Source: a virus
Reading direction: 5' to 3' (one strand)
DNA length: 64,000 nt
IMG/VR virus record: IMGVR_UViG_3300023184_000106
Span: 3,722-67,721 of that record
How positions within the stretch are numbered: position 1 is the stretch's first letter; every line of letters starts with the position of its first letter. Made by a program: the position numbers and the translations under genes. The notes under the pieces are model-generated. The model was not told where the DNA came from. It ran no database searches and saw nothing but the letters and a program-made list of their open reading frames with translations. This document shows, in pieces, positions 36,413 through 45,456 of this stretch.

Positions 36413-37081
36413 TTACCAGTCTACGCTGCTAGATGAGCTAGACTCTTCTTCATTTGAATGTTCGCCTGCAAAGAATCCTTCTTGATCTGTGTATGGCATG
36501 TCACGCACTGCTGTATCTTCAAGCTGATAAAGCTCAAGTGATGAACCATCAAATGGTGTTTCATCTTTTGCAAGTGGGATGATTGTATAACTTGTATCGG
36601 TCTTTGTGCCAGTACGCTTGATTCTCCACATTAGATTAGTAATGCTTCCCATCTCTCCAGCATACTCAATTAGTGTCGGTGTAATTGTCTTGCCGCTTGA
36701 ACCTTGAGACAAGATTCCTACGTAAGGATCTTCCTTGCCATCATCGATAAGAACATTAATGTAAAGTCGTGAACGGCCTTTCCATCCTGCCTTGTAATCT
36801 TTTCGGTGTTGTTCGCAACCGTAACACTTTCCTTGATCGTCCATTGAGCATAGAGCCTTGCGACGATAGTCTTTTGGATTTGTGTGTTCTACTGCAATAA
36901 ATCCAAGACCTAGCTTTTCATTGTAGGTAGGTGAGTCTGGATCAAGTTCTTGAAGAAAGCGAACTTTAACACTTTCTGCATCCTCTAACTTAACCCAACG
37001 AGCCTTTGTACCGTCTCCACCTGAAGACTGTGGCTTGTCCATTACTTGATTAAGGCCTTTAAGCCCTTTTACTATTCCCAT
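36413..37081 (-). CDS. Single-stranded DNA-binding protein (gp32-like)
   Basis: Position between primase and polymerase; Cys/His cluster; acidic/Ser tail ending in DW. Confidence 0.65.
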   Translation of the reverse strand: MGIVKGLKGLNQVMDKPQSSGGDGTKARWVKLEDAESVKVRFLQELDPDSPTYNEKLGLGFIAVEHTNPKDYRRKALCSMDDQGKCYGCEQHRKDYKAGWKGRSRLYINVLIDDGKEDPYVGILSQGSSGKTITPTLIEYAGEMGSITNLMWRIKRTGTKTDTSYTIIPLAKDETPFDGSSLELYQLEDTAVRDMPYTDQEGFFAGEHSNEEESSSSSSVDW

Positions 37082-37134
37082 TTTTCCTCATTTCATATAG
37101 TTGATGGTGTATATCCATCTTTAGTTTGTTTTTA

Positions 37135-38133
37135 TTATGGGGTCCAAGATCTGTACTCTATGTCTGATACTGCATTCTTAATACAGTTTTTAATTTCTTC
37201 ATCAGTCATATCGCCAGCATCTTTTGCATCATGTGGATATATCTTACCATATTTATGGGAAGCCCACAAGAGGTCTTTATTTTTTAATCTATTGGCTATG
37301 CTCAAGCCTAGCTCTCTGCCAGCCAAATCTGCGTCTGTCATTACGGTTATTTTATTAAAATATCTATTTAGAATATTGTGCTGCTCAGTTGACAAAAATC
37401 CACCTAGCGTAGCAACAACATTTGGAAACCCAGCTTGATGCACACGGATTGCATCAAAGCTAGACTCCACAACTATGACATTACTGCCAATTTTTTTAGC
37501 ACGGTGCACATTAAATAATGTTTTGCTCTTAGGCAGGTTTGTGCTATTTTTAAAAGACTTTCCCTCAATAGATCTTCCTACAATTCCAATCGGAATACCG
37601 TCTGGGCTATGCACTGGAACAGTAACCATATTTTGTTTTTCAGAATACCCTAAAGAAAAATGTGCCATCGAAGACATGTCGATACCTCTTGATTTAAAAT
37701 AATCTTTTGCCATTTCAGAACCAACAAGTCCGTTATATAAACCCCTTAATGTCTCTTCTGGAAACTCTTCAAAGTCAGGCTTTTCCTCAAATAGACCCGC
37801 CATTATTTCATCAAAATTATTTAGCACTTCTTTTTCTTGAGAAGATATAAATCTCATAGCTTCAAAATCATTCTTGTGTAACACACGCTTTACTAATTCT
37901 ATTAACGTTCCCGACTCTCCGCATGATGGATTAAAGCAAAGCCAGACACCCGAAGATTTATTTATACAACAGCTTGCCGTATGTCTATTAGAATGAAATG
38001 GGCAGTAGAACATAACCTCATTACCTGGTTCTGCAACAATATCTAAACCTAAAGATTTAACTATAGACTTGATATGGTTGGGCGCATACTGCGTGGAATC
38101 AATTTTCCTTGCGTTATACCCTCTGATAGCCAT
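37135..38133 (-). CDS. dnaG: DNA primase (CHC2 Zn finger + TOPRIM)
   Basis: CPFH...CFNPSC, VVESSFD, DADLAG, KDAGD. Confidence 0.9.
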   Translation of the reverse strand: MAIRGYNARKIDSTQYAPNHIKSIVKSLGLDIVAEPGNEVMFYCPFHSNRHTASCCINKSSGVWLCFNPSCGESGTLIELVKRVLHKNDFEAMRFISSQEKEVLNNFDEIMAGLFEEKPDFEEFPEETLRGLYNGLVGSEMAKDYFKSRGIDMSSMAHFSLGYSEKQNMVTVPVHSPDGIPIGIVGRSIEGKSFKNSTNLPKSKTLFNVHRAKKIGSNVIVVESSFDAIRVHQAGFPNVVATLGGFLSTEQHNILNRYFNKITVMTDADLAGRELGLSIANRLKNKDLLWASHKYGKIYPHDAKDAGDMTDEEIKNCIKNAVSDIEYRSWTP

Positions 38134-38360
38134 GCCTTCTTCTTTCCAACATATACTCCATGAAGTGTCATTAAGAACTTCCATGTCTCACCAGTAAATT
38201 CTACCGAAAATGCAGTATCTATGTCAAGTACCCTGACATACCCTTTTGACCTCATATCATGAGTTAAAAGGTTCTCATACTGCGGTCTAAGGCTAATTAG
38301 CTGTGAATTATCCCGAAACAGTACATCTATTTGAAATCTTTTAATCCTTTTGTGAGTCAT
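38061..38360 (-). CDS. Hypothetical protein
   Basis: ORF between helicase and primase; start moved to MTHKR. Confidence 0.6.
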   Translation of the reverse strand: MTHKRIKRFQIDVLFRDNSQLISLRPQYENLLTHDMRSKGYVRVLDIDTAFSVEFTGETWKFLMTLHGVYVGKKKAWLSEGITQGKLIPRSMRPTISSL

Positions 38361-39585
38361 TCTGGAATGGATTCTCATAAATTTCTTTGACAATACCACG
38401 GTTGATATCCCAGTCCAGATAGAAGTTAAAGTCGTGACCGTGCCTATTCTTACGAGATACAATCTCAATCATATTAGTTTGTGGATATCTGTGAACAGCT
38501 AAGGCCATATCCGCATCATACTCAATTGCCTTTGACCAAGCAACTTGGCTCATCATTGGTGGATTGTCTTGATCTGATATATCGTCTGCTGTTGCAGCAG
38601 TAATATCAATAATGGGAATATTGTTTGATACCGCAAGCATTTTGAATTCACGAGAAACGTTTCTATTTCTTTCTACTTCAGAATTTGATCTCTTGTTGTC
38701 ATTAAATAGCTGGTGGTAATCAAGAATAACTAAATCAGGTTTGTGCTGATCAATCTTTCCCTGAATTGTTGCTGGAGTAACTTCAGATGAACCTTCATTT
38801 GAAATTAAAACAAAGCTATTTTTTCCTTCAAACTTTTTATTTCCCCATGACTTGAAGTCATCAATGTTAATGTCTCCTTTTGATAAATCACTTGCACGAA
38901 ATATTCCAGAACCCAGCATAGTAAAAATTCTATCTCTCATATTTTCTGGCGACATTTCAAGTGAGACAATCATTGGCTTAAATCCTTGCTCCCATGCTTT
39001 GCACGCCAAGTAGGCCGTAAACCATGTCTTTCCTTTTCCTGGCCAGCCGATTGCAACAATTAAATGTCCTGGTGCCATGCCAGTTGGATAAGCTTTATCA
39101 ATTGCTTCAAAGCCAGTGAGGATTCCTGGGGCCCCTCCCATTATAGATGAACGGTCTTTGACTGCTTGATAATGTCTTGCAGCATTTTCAACATCAATAA
39201 TATCTAGGTCTCTTACGTTATTTGTGTATCGACTTAGGCTAGCGAGGTCGCTTTGCATTTGTGCAAGAACTCTGGATGCCGCATCTTCTTTAAGAGCGGA
39301 TCCGCCACGCATAATAATTGTCTTAAGCTTGTTTGAAATAAATTCATTTTTTAAAATGTCTAAGTAATATCCAGTTTCTGCTTTTGCCTCAACTGGCTCA
39401 AAATCTTTATGTCGTTCCATAAGTATGCCAGCTTCTGGTACCGCTTTAAACTTATAGTAGTATGACTTTAGGCTTTCCCAGATATCTCTATGTGATGTAA
39501 ACAGCTCATCTACGTTATTAGCAAGAAGTGTGCTGATGTCTTTATTCTTGCATACGGCAGAAATTAATGTTGCTTCTGTATTCAT
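38341..39585 (-). CDS. dnaB: Replicative DnaB-like helicase
   Basis: GWPGKGKT, SLEMS, ILDYHQL, IEYDAD, KNRHG. Confidence 0.93.
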   Translation of the reverse strand: MNTEATLISAVCKNKDISTLLANNVDELFTSHRDIWESLKSYYYKFKAVPEAGILMERHKDFEPVEAKAETGYYLDILKNEFISNKLKTIIMRGGSALKEDAASRVLAQMQSDLASLSRYTNNVRDLDIIDVENAARHYQAVKDRSSIMGGAPGILTGFEAIDKAYPTGMAPGHLIVAIGWPGKGKTWFTAYLACKAWEQGFKPMIVSLEMSPENMRDRIFTMLGSGIFRASDLSKGDINIDDFKSWGNKKFEGKNSFVLISNEGSSEVTPATIQGKIDQHKPDLVILDYHQLFNDNKRSNSEVERNRNVSREFKMLAVSNNIPIIDITAATADDISDQDNPPMMSQVAWSKAIEYDADMALAVHRYPQTNMIEIVSRKNRHGHDFNFYLDWDINRGIVKEIYENPFQNDSQKD

Positions 39586-39899
39586 TATTCGCTCTCCACC
39601 ATCTTCTTGGTTTCAATTAGCAAGACACTGCGATTTGCTTTATCTTTTTCAATTTCTTTTTGTAATTTATCAATTCTGTCAAAATTATTATAAAAAAAGT
39701 TTAGCGGATGCCCCGACTTGTTGGTATCAAAATAATACTTTATAAGTTCAACTGCACGATCATATCCTACACTATCAATGACATCTTGCATAGCCCATTT
39801 TTCTCTAAACTTATTAATTGTTAAGGTTTTGTTATACTTCTCTTTATATATAGACAGGTATATCCCTATTAGTATATATGGCTGCTTCTCATTTGCCAC
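39585..39899 (-). CDS. Hypothetical protein
   Basis: 104-aa ORF coupled to the helicase. Confidence 0.6.
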   Translation of the reverse strand: MANEKQPYILIGIYLSIYKEKYNKTLTINKFREKWAMQDVIDSVGYDRAVELIKYYFDTNKSGHPLNFFYNNFDRIDKLQKEIEKDKANRSVLLIETKKMVESE

Positions 39900-40092
39900 G
39901 TTTTAGCTCTTCTTCTACCTCACGAGTTTTTTCTATAAGCTTGCTTTCAACAAATTGATAAACTCTTTCCGTTGCCGTATCTACATTTTCTCCATCACGA
40001 ATATCATCTTCAACTCCAACGGCAATCTTAATGCTTTCATAATTGCCAAGGTTGCGTGTGAATGATAAATCTATTTTAACTCTAGTTGTCAC
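39889..40092 (-). CDS. Hypothetical protein
   Basis: 67 aa, TRNLGNYESIKI motif. Confidence 0.6.
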   Translation of the reverse strand: MTTRVKIDLSFTRNLGNYESIKIAVGVEDDIRDGENVDTATERVYQFVESKLIEKTREVEEELKRGK

Positions 40093-40199
40093 CTGTGCTC
40101 CTTTTTAATATGGTTAGATAGTGTTAGGTGTGCAAATCCAGATCTTACTTCCAGCTCCTTGTTGCATGTTGGGCACATGACTAGCCTACTACTTGCCAT
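40089..40199 (-). CDS. Small C2H2-like zinc-finger peptide (36 aa)
   Basis: Hand-translated MASSRLVMCPTCNKELEVRSGFAHLTLSNHIKKEHR. Confidence 0.6.
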   Translation of the reverse strand: MASSRLVMCPTCNKELEVRSGFAHLTLSNHIKKEHR

Positions 40200-40326
40200 C
40201 TTTTTTAACCTCAGCTTTTTTAATAACAACTGGGCCATTTAAAGAATTCCAATACTCTACTTCTGCTTCTCTTTTTCTTTTTTTAGAAGCGCCAGTTTCT
40301 AATGTGTACCTAGGCATATCAGCCAT
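40189..40326 (-). CDS. Small basic hypothetical protein (45 aa)
   Basis: Hand-translated MADMPRYTLETGASKKRKREAEVEYWNSLNGPVVIKKAEVKKDGK; TAATG coupling. Confidence 0.55.
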   Translation of the reverse strand: MADMPRYTLETGASKKRKREAEVEYWNSLNGPVVIKKAEVKKDGK

Positions 40327-40805
40327 TATTCCGCCTTCCATACTGGGATGAACCCAGTCTCAGTCTTAGTATACAATATAAAGCTGTGTTTGAGAAGAGC
40401 CCTCAATTCAGCCTTAGATGGAACATTTTTAGAATAGCCCGCTTCCAATATAAATTCATGAATGTCCATTATGTCTGACTCGCTATACATAAACTTATAC
40501 CATTTACTATCTGGTTTTCCTATTGGGTATACCCTTTGTGGCATCTTAATCTTGCCCTCTAGGATATAGTCTTCTATGGTAACCTTATGTTTATTTAATA
40601 AGTCTGCAACTTGCGTTGTGCTGTATGCCTTTTCCATATTCTTTAAAACCTGTGAATGTGAATAAAGTACACGCTTGCGATCTAAATAGGACCATGCAAT
40701 CATTTCATCTTTAGATCTTGACGAACTAAGTACACGATGTATTTTATTGTTTAAGAAGAAATAGAGGAACTTTTTAGTTGAGCTTTTTCTTTTTTTTCTA
40801 TCCAT
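40326..40805 (-). CDS. HTH (MerR/excisionase-like) DNA-binding protein
   Basis: YSTTQVADLLNKHKVTIEDYILEGKI. Confidence 0.7.
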   Translation of the reverse strand: MDRKKRKSSTKKFLYFFLNNKIHRVLSSSRSKDEMIAWSYLDRKRVLYSHSQVLKNMEKAYSTTQVADLLNKHKVTIEDYILEGKIKMPQRVYPIGKPDSKWYKFMYSESDIMDIHEFILEAGYSKNVPSKAELRALLKHSFILYTKTETGFIPVWKAE

Positions 40806-40936
40806 TTTCCAAAAGAACTCGTTTCTTTGTTAACCATCCAACGTTTTCCGCACATAATACAGAAAAGTTCAACATGCAGTTTTTGTGAAAAAACTCTATC
40901 TACAAAAACTCTTCCCTTACATTTACTACACCACAT
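40751..40936 (-). CDS. Zinc-ribbon protein
   Basis: CSKC...CIMCG. Confidence 0.65.
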   Translation of the reverse strand: MWCSKCKGRVFVDRVFSQKLHVELFCIMCGKRWMVNKETSSFGKWIEKKEKAQLKSSSISS

Positions 40937-41736
40937 TATAAAGTAAATACCTTTCCGTCTACTACGCAAGAGTAGTCTGGAGATACGTGAATCATTTGAA
41001 TATGAGGATAATCATTTACAATATGTGCAACGGCAAAACCCTTTTGCCAATCGTGGTGCTGAGTATATTTCATTCCTGGACCTTTTTCATCACACATGTG
41101 ACCAATTTCATAGCCACGTAGTGTTTCTCCTTCACCGTTATTTCTAAGTTCATATGTTACCATATGTGAAGCAATCCTGTGAGAGTGTCCTCTAATCAAA
41201 GATACTTGCATATCTTCCATATCTTTTCTTACCGCACCTGTTGCGGAAACAGATAGTCCGTGATGAACATGTATATCTCCAAAACGTTTCTTCGGTAGGC
41301 TGTCATAATAAATATAATCATATCCTAAAGAATCTAAACTCCACAAAGCTTCTGGTGTTACCTCAGAAATATAATCTGGAAGCTTTGCGTCAACGTAATT
41401 AAATACCCTAATATCGTGGTTTCCTAATGCTGAAAAAAGTTGTGCATCTGGCAACATCTCTCTTGTTTTAGCATAAAAATCTCTTGCCCCCTTTGCCTCA
41501 TGGCGCATCATAGGAACAATTAAATCCTTGCTATCATTTTTATGATAGTTTAAAAACTCAGCTGAGCGTCCTTCGGTATATTTGCTGTAGCAAGCTTGAT
41601 CATCAGTATCTCCCAAATAGTCAACAACATCTGGCTTAAACCATTTCATTACCTTAAACCAAAGAGCAATCATTTTGTCATCTTGATATGGGAACTGCTG
41701 GTCAGACGAAAGCATCCATTTTAAATCGTTACTCAT
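40936..41736 (-). CDS. Calcineurin-like metallophosphoesterase
   Basis: SDQQ, LGDTDD, GNHD, HHG, GHSHR. Confidence 0.85.
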   Translation of the reverse strand: MSNDLKWMLSSDQQFPYQDDKMIALWFKVMKWFKPDVVDYLGDTDDQACYSKYTEGRSAEFLNYHKNDSKDLIVPMMRHEAKGARDFYAKTREMLPDAQLFSALGNHDIRVFNYVDAKLPDYISEVTPEALWSLDSLGYDYIYYDSLPKKRFGDIHVHHGLSVSATGAVRKDMEDMQVSLIRGHSHRIASHMVTYELRNNGEGETLRGYEIGHMCDEKGPGMKYTQHHDWQKGFAVAHIVNDYPHIQMIHVSPDYSCVVDGKVFTL

Positions 41737-41752
41737 TTTCTACCTTAATACT

Positions 41753-41776
41753 AAAAAAGTCACGATATCGTGACTT
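41753..41776 (-). terminator. Terminator-like hairpin / 20-bp palindrome
   Basis: AAGTCACGAT|ATCGTGACTT (41757-41776) running into TTTTTT on the minus strand. Confidence 0.6.
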
Positions 41777-41792
41777 AGGGCGCTACAATTAA

Positions 41793-41820
41793 ATTGTAAC
41801 ATAAAAAACAATCTTGTCAA
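41793..41820 (-). promoter_or_regulatory. SigA-type promoter at the head of the replication module
   Basis: TTGACA-N16-TACAAT with TG extension. Confidence 0.7.
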
Positions 41821-41822
41821 TA

Positions 41823-42239
41823 CTAAATAATTTTTTCTGCTGAACTTATCCAGCAAATTGTAATCAATGGTTTTGTATCTGGTTTACCTTCATAGTATAT
41901 ATTAATTATAGGGGCAAATGCTCCCTTAACTCCAACTCTAACTTCATTGGCTTTTGGGTCTTGAATTTTTGCAGTTGCTACGGTTACAGGATTTTTATAT
42001 ACTGTTGAGTCCCATGCAAAGTCTAGGCCTTCTGTTCTTAAGCTGCCGCTTTTTACATTTTCAAAATCTAATTCTCCAGATCTGGTATGGAATACAGAGC
42101 TAGTGGTTTGGCCATTTGCGGTAGTGCTAATTAGATTGTATGCAGCACCTGCAGTTGCCTTGATCTCTGTTATCTGAGATTGAAGGTTTCTTAATTTTTG
42201 CGGATCTACTGGTTCTCCGTCTGCAAATGTTTCTGCCAT
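41823..42239 (-). CDS. Hypothetical protein, possibly virion-associated
   Basis: 138-aa ORF at the end of the tail module. Confidence 0.55.
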   Translation of the reverse strand: MAETFADGEPVDPQKLRNLQSQITEIKATAGAAYNLISTTANGQTTSSVFHTRSGELDFENVKSGSLRTEGLDFAWDSTVYKNPVTVATAKIQDPKANEVRVGVKGAFAPIINIYYEGKPDTKPLITICWISSAEKII

Positions 42240-42240
42240 G

Positions 42241-42414
42241 CTACACTTCCTTTATCTGTTCTTTTAAAGAATCAGAGTATTCTTCTTTGGCTGCCTCTTT
42301 TTCAATTAGCTGAGTTATTTCTGCCCGCATCACTGCAATTTGTGTCTCATAGTTTGAGACAATTTCGCCAATACGTTGCTGTAGGGCAGTAATAATTAAC
42401 TCTTCTTTATTCAA
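42241..42414 (-). CDS. Small coiled-coil protein (57 aa)
   Basis: Hand-translated (TTG) MNKEELIITALQQRIGEIVSNYETQIAVMRAEITQLIEKEAAKEEYSDSLKEQIKEV; SD AAGGA. Confidence 0.6.
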   Translation of the reverse strand: MNKEELIITALQQRIGEIVSNYETQIAVMRAEITQLIEKEAAKEEYSDSLKEQIKEV

Positions 42415-42425
42415 TTTAAAATCCT

Positions 42426-42647
42426 TTACTCTAATTCAATTGATGCTTTTTCTGCATCAAGAGCTGCTATCTGTTGATCAATTAATTCTACTTGGCTTGT
42501 TAAAATTGTTATGTTTGCAGTATCTTTTACTGATTTAACATTTTCTTCAATTAAAGTAAGCTCTATGTTATATTGAGACATTGCTAGAGATCTCTTATGT
42601 GAGTCTACCAATTGAATTCTTTCTTCTTTAGATAAAATATTTGTCAT
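42426..42647 (-). CDS. Small coiled-coil protein
   Basis: SD GAGGAGG; heptad pattern. Confidence 0.65.
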   Translation of the reverse strand: MTNILSKEERIQLVDSHKRSLAMSQYNIELTLIEENVKSVKDTANITILTSQVELIDQQIAALDAEKASIELE

Positions 42648-42674
42648 TTTTTGCCTCCTCTCATATTATAGCAT

Positions 42675-42881
42675 TTAGTCTTGATTAGTCAAGGCCGTTT
42701 TTTGATTCTCTAAGGCCTGTTTTTGAGCTAATAAATCTGATATATATTCATCAAGATCAATTGGAGATTTATTTTCTGGGGTCTCATATTGACTTGGATC
42801 TAGCAACACCATATTGACATGATCGATATGGAACTGTATATTATCTATGTGAGATTGAAGTATCTCTAATTTATTTATCAT
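42675..42881 (-). CDS. Small coiled-coil protein
   Basis: ATGA coupling with the fibre gene; similar layout to 42426..42647. Confidence 0.6.
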   Translation of the reverse strand: MINKLEILQSHIDNIQFHIDHVNMVLLDPSQYETPENKSPIDLDEYISDLLAQKQALENQKTALTNQD

Positions 42882-45448
42882 TTGTACACACTCAATTGTG
42901 AAGCTGTACTTTCTAGATTAGCAGAGTTAACTGCCCAGACTGAGGCAGCATAATACAACGCAGCATTCGGTGAAGTATATGTATAGGATAATGTACTACC
43001 ATTTGCAGTATAAAATGATCCTTTCCATACTGCTCCGCTGCCAGAACTGTTTGATGCTTCATATATTGCTATACCGTATTTGGAAATAGTTGCTGCTCCT
43101 CCTCCACTTACTGTTCCAGGACTAGTTGACGCTGTCCAGCTAAATGGGTATGTAGTACCAGAAGTCCATCCATTTGTTGGAGTGCCAGGAGCACCTGGTG
43201 CTGTTGCTGGTGTAGTAGCTGTCACTCTGGCTCCATTATCTGGTCCACCCCAGTTAGATTTTGTACCCGTCGGATTTCCACTTTTAAATGCCTGAACATA
43301 ATAATCCCTATTTGATCCAGAAGAAATAGTTGTATCTAAATATGAAGTGCCAGTAATTAAAGTAGGATTTCCTGGACCTCCAAAGTCTGGGGTAGAGTCA
43401 TACCCTGGTGTATATCCCCACCAAACTCCATAGTATGAGGCACCCGATACTGCGTTCCACGTAATGTTAGTTCCATCAGTTCTAGTGTCTGTTGCGTTTA
43501 CTCCAGTTGGTGTTGCAAGTTGTACAACAACAACTGCTGTCCATCTAGCGTACATATTTCGGTTTCCTTCTGGTGGTGACCAAGTACCTCCAGCGGCAAC
43601 AAAATAAGTATAGTCTAAAGAAGATGAGTCATACCAACCATTAAATGTGAAACCAGATCTTGTGGGAGCTGAAGCAGCTACTGTTGATCCTCCATAGGTA
43701 AATGTGCTTGTGTCTTGCGCTGTTCCAGACCCATCATTTTTAAGATAAGTAATTGTATATGTAGGTGATGTATTTTGAATAGAGTTTGAGCTTGCTGGGG
43801 AAGAGCTTCCTGTAGCATTTGTTGCAGTAACATTACAATATATTGAATAATTATGATAAGATGAGCTTGAGGTATAGGTGCTAGAATTTGTTCCAACAGC
43901 TGTATTGCTTATGTATGGCGGATAAGGAAGGCTTGTAGATGCATACCACTGATAGCTGTATGAGGTTGGAGTATTATTCCATGACCCAGTTGTTGTGGAA
44001 TACGAATAGGTATTTGAAGTCCTACTTACTACTGGGTCTCCCAAATAAATTATGGTTGGAGCTGGCAGTGGTATAGATGCAACTATCGCAGTACTTCCAT
44101 CATCAACATTATCTTTTAATGTATTCCTAGTCATTCCGCTAACTAGGTCCGTTGCAACAGCAGTAGATCCTGCCCAAGTTGCTGTTGCAGTAGCTCCATT
44201 ATATACAGCATTTGTATCATAGTCAGCGGTTATTAAATTATTTGTAACAAAATAAACATCTACTGCCGAAGACCCATATGTAAACTTTGCTTGGTAGTCA
44301 ATTGTTCTACCTGTGTTATTTAGCCTATAACCTTGCCACCTAACATAAAAATTAGTTGCATCTGAATAATAATATAAAGCCGTTTGCACATGATCGCCTC
44401 TTAAAATAGTTAGGTGTGCTCCAGATGCTGGTACACTAATTGATGAACCTGGATCATAACCTATAGATATAAATCCATTTGTAGAAACATATACAGTAGT
44501 TCCTGAAGTAAAATTTGAATTTAACAACACCCTTCTTTTTGAGCCAGTCGCTTGATTAGAAATTTCAGTTACTACGCTTGTAGTTATAACGCTAACAGAA
44601 ACTCCTACATCAACTCCATAATCAAAATCTGATCCTGAATTTACTCTTGTTTCAGTTACATATATATATTTACCTACATCAGCAGATACTGGAGTGTATG
44701 TTGATCCTGTAGTTAAAGGTGTTCCCCCAGTTGTTGAATTTGTGCTATTACTATACCATCCAATAGTTATTGTCCTGGCTCTATTTGCTTCCGCTGCAAA
44801 CCAAGTGGAGCTATAAGTTAGCTGTGTACCCACTACTGGAGTCAGGCTACTTAAAGAATAAGTAGAATTAATAGGTGATTGCCTAATGACTTTAATTTTT
44901 GAAGAAACAGAAAGTCCACTATATACAGATCCGTTGGAGGCGTTAGCCATACATTCAAATCCTAGGTATTGTTCGTCCGAGTTTGCACAGTTGGTAGTTG
45001 TCCAGATAGAAGATGGAAGTACATCTTCTCCTGCTGAGGATGTCCACCCTGATCCTGTACCGCTTCTTAAAACTGTAGTTAAATCTGATCCATATTGATC
45101 ATACAATTTCCATTTGTAGGTATAGTTAGACGCAGCAAAACCATTTAAATCCCAAACAGCATTGTCTCCATAGTATGCATATCCCATTCTTATCCTGCCT
45201 GCAGTAGTTAATCTATTTGCGTAAGTGTCAGCAGAAGAGGCTGATATATACGGAACTCTTGAAGCAAATATACCAGATATTGGCCAGACCTTGAGCCATT
45301 GAGTTGCGTTTTTAATCCATACCCCAGTTGCTTCTCTCCAACCAGTAGATGGTGAGTTGGCAGTTTTAGCCCAAATTCTTGATGCTTTTCTCCAGCCAGT
45401 TGTGCCGTAACTTCCTGAACTAGCTGCTTTGACAAAGATATCTGACAT
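42878..45448 (-). CDS. Tail fibre / receptor-binding protein with Ig-like, InlB B-repeat-like and FN3-like domains
   Basis: S/T-rich beta modules; PTSYSYQWY, APTRSGFTFNGWYD...YARW, ATPTGVNAT..ITWNAVSGASYY. Confidence 0.7.
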   Translation of the reverse strand: MSDIFVKAASSGSYGTTGWRKASRIWAKTANSPSTGWREATGVWIKNATQWLKVWPISGIFASRVPYISASSADTYANRLTTAGRIRMGYAYYGDNAVWDLNGFAASNYTYKWKLYDQYGSDLTTVLRSGTGSGWTSSAGEDVLPSSIWTTTNCANSDEQYLGFECMANASNGSVYSGLSVSSKIKVIRQSPINSTYSLSSLTPVVGTQLTYSSTWFAAEANRARTITIGWYSNSTNSTTGGTPLTTGSTYTPVSADVGKYIYVTETRVNSGSDFDYGVDVGVSVSVITTSVVTEISNQATGSKRRVLLNSNFTSGTTVYVSTNGFISIGYDPGSSISVPASGAHLTILRGDHVQTALYYYSDATNFYVRWQGYRLNNTGRTIDYQAKFTYGSSAVDVYFVTNNLITADYDTNAVYNGATATATWAGSTAVATDLVSGMTRNTLKDNVDDGSTAIVASIPLPAPTIIYLGDPVVSRTSNTYSYSTTTGSWNNTPTSYSYQWYASTSLPYPPYISNTAVGTNSSTYTSSSSYHNYSIYCNVTATNATGSSSPASSNSIQNTSPTYTITYLKNDGSGTAQDTSTFTYGGSTVAASAPTRSGFTFNGWYDSSSLDYTYFVAAGGTWSPPEGNRNMYARWTAVVVVQLATPTGVNATDTRTDGTNITWNAVSGASYYGVWWGYTPGYDSTPDFGGPGNPTLITGTSYLDTTISSGSNRDYYVQAFKSGNPTGTKSNWGGPDNGARVTATTPATAPGAPGTPTNGWTSGTTYPFSWTASTSPGTVSGGGAATISKYGIAIYEASNSSGSGAVWKGSFYTANGSTLSYTYTSPNAALYYAASVWAVNSANLESTASQLSVYK

Positions 45449-45456
45449 TTATTATC

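Noticed and set aside
23542-39585. Inteins or introns in terminase, RecA, DnaE or helicase
   Set aside because: Lengths are ordinary, motifs are contiguous, and no splice-junction or homing-endonuclease motifs were seen
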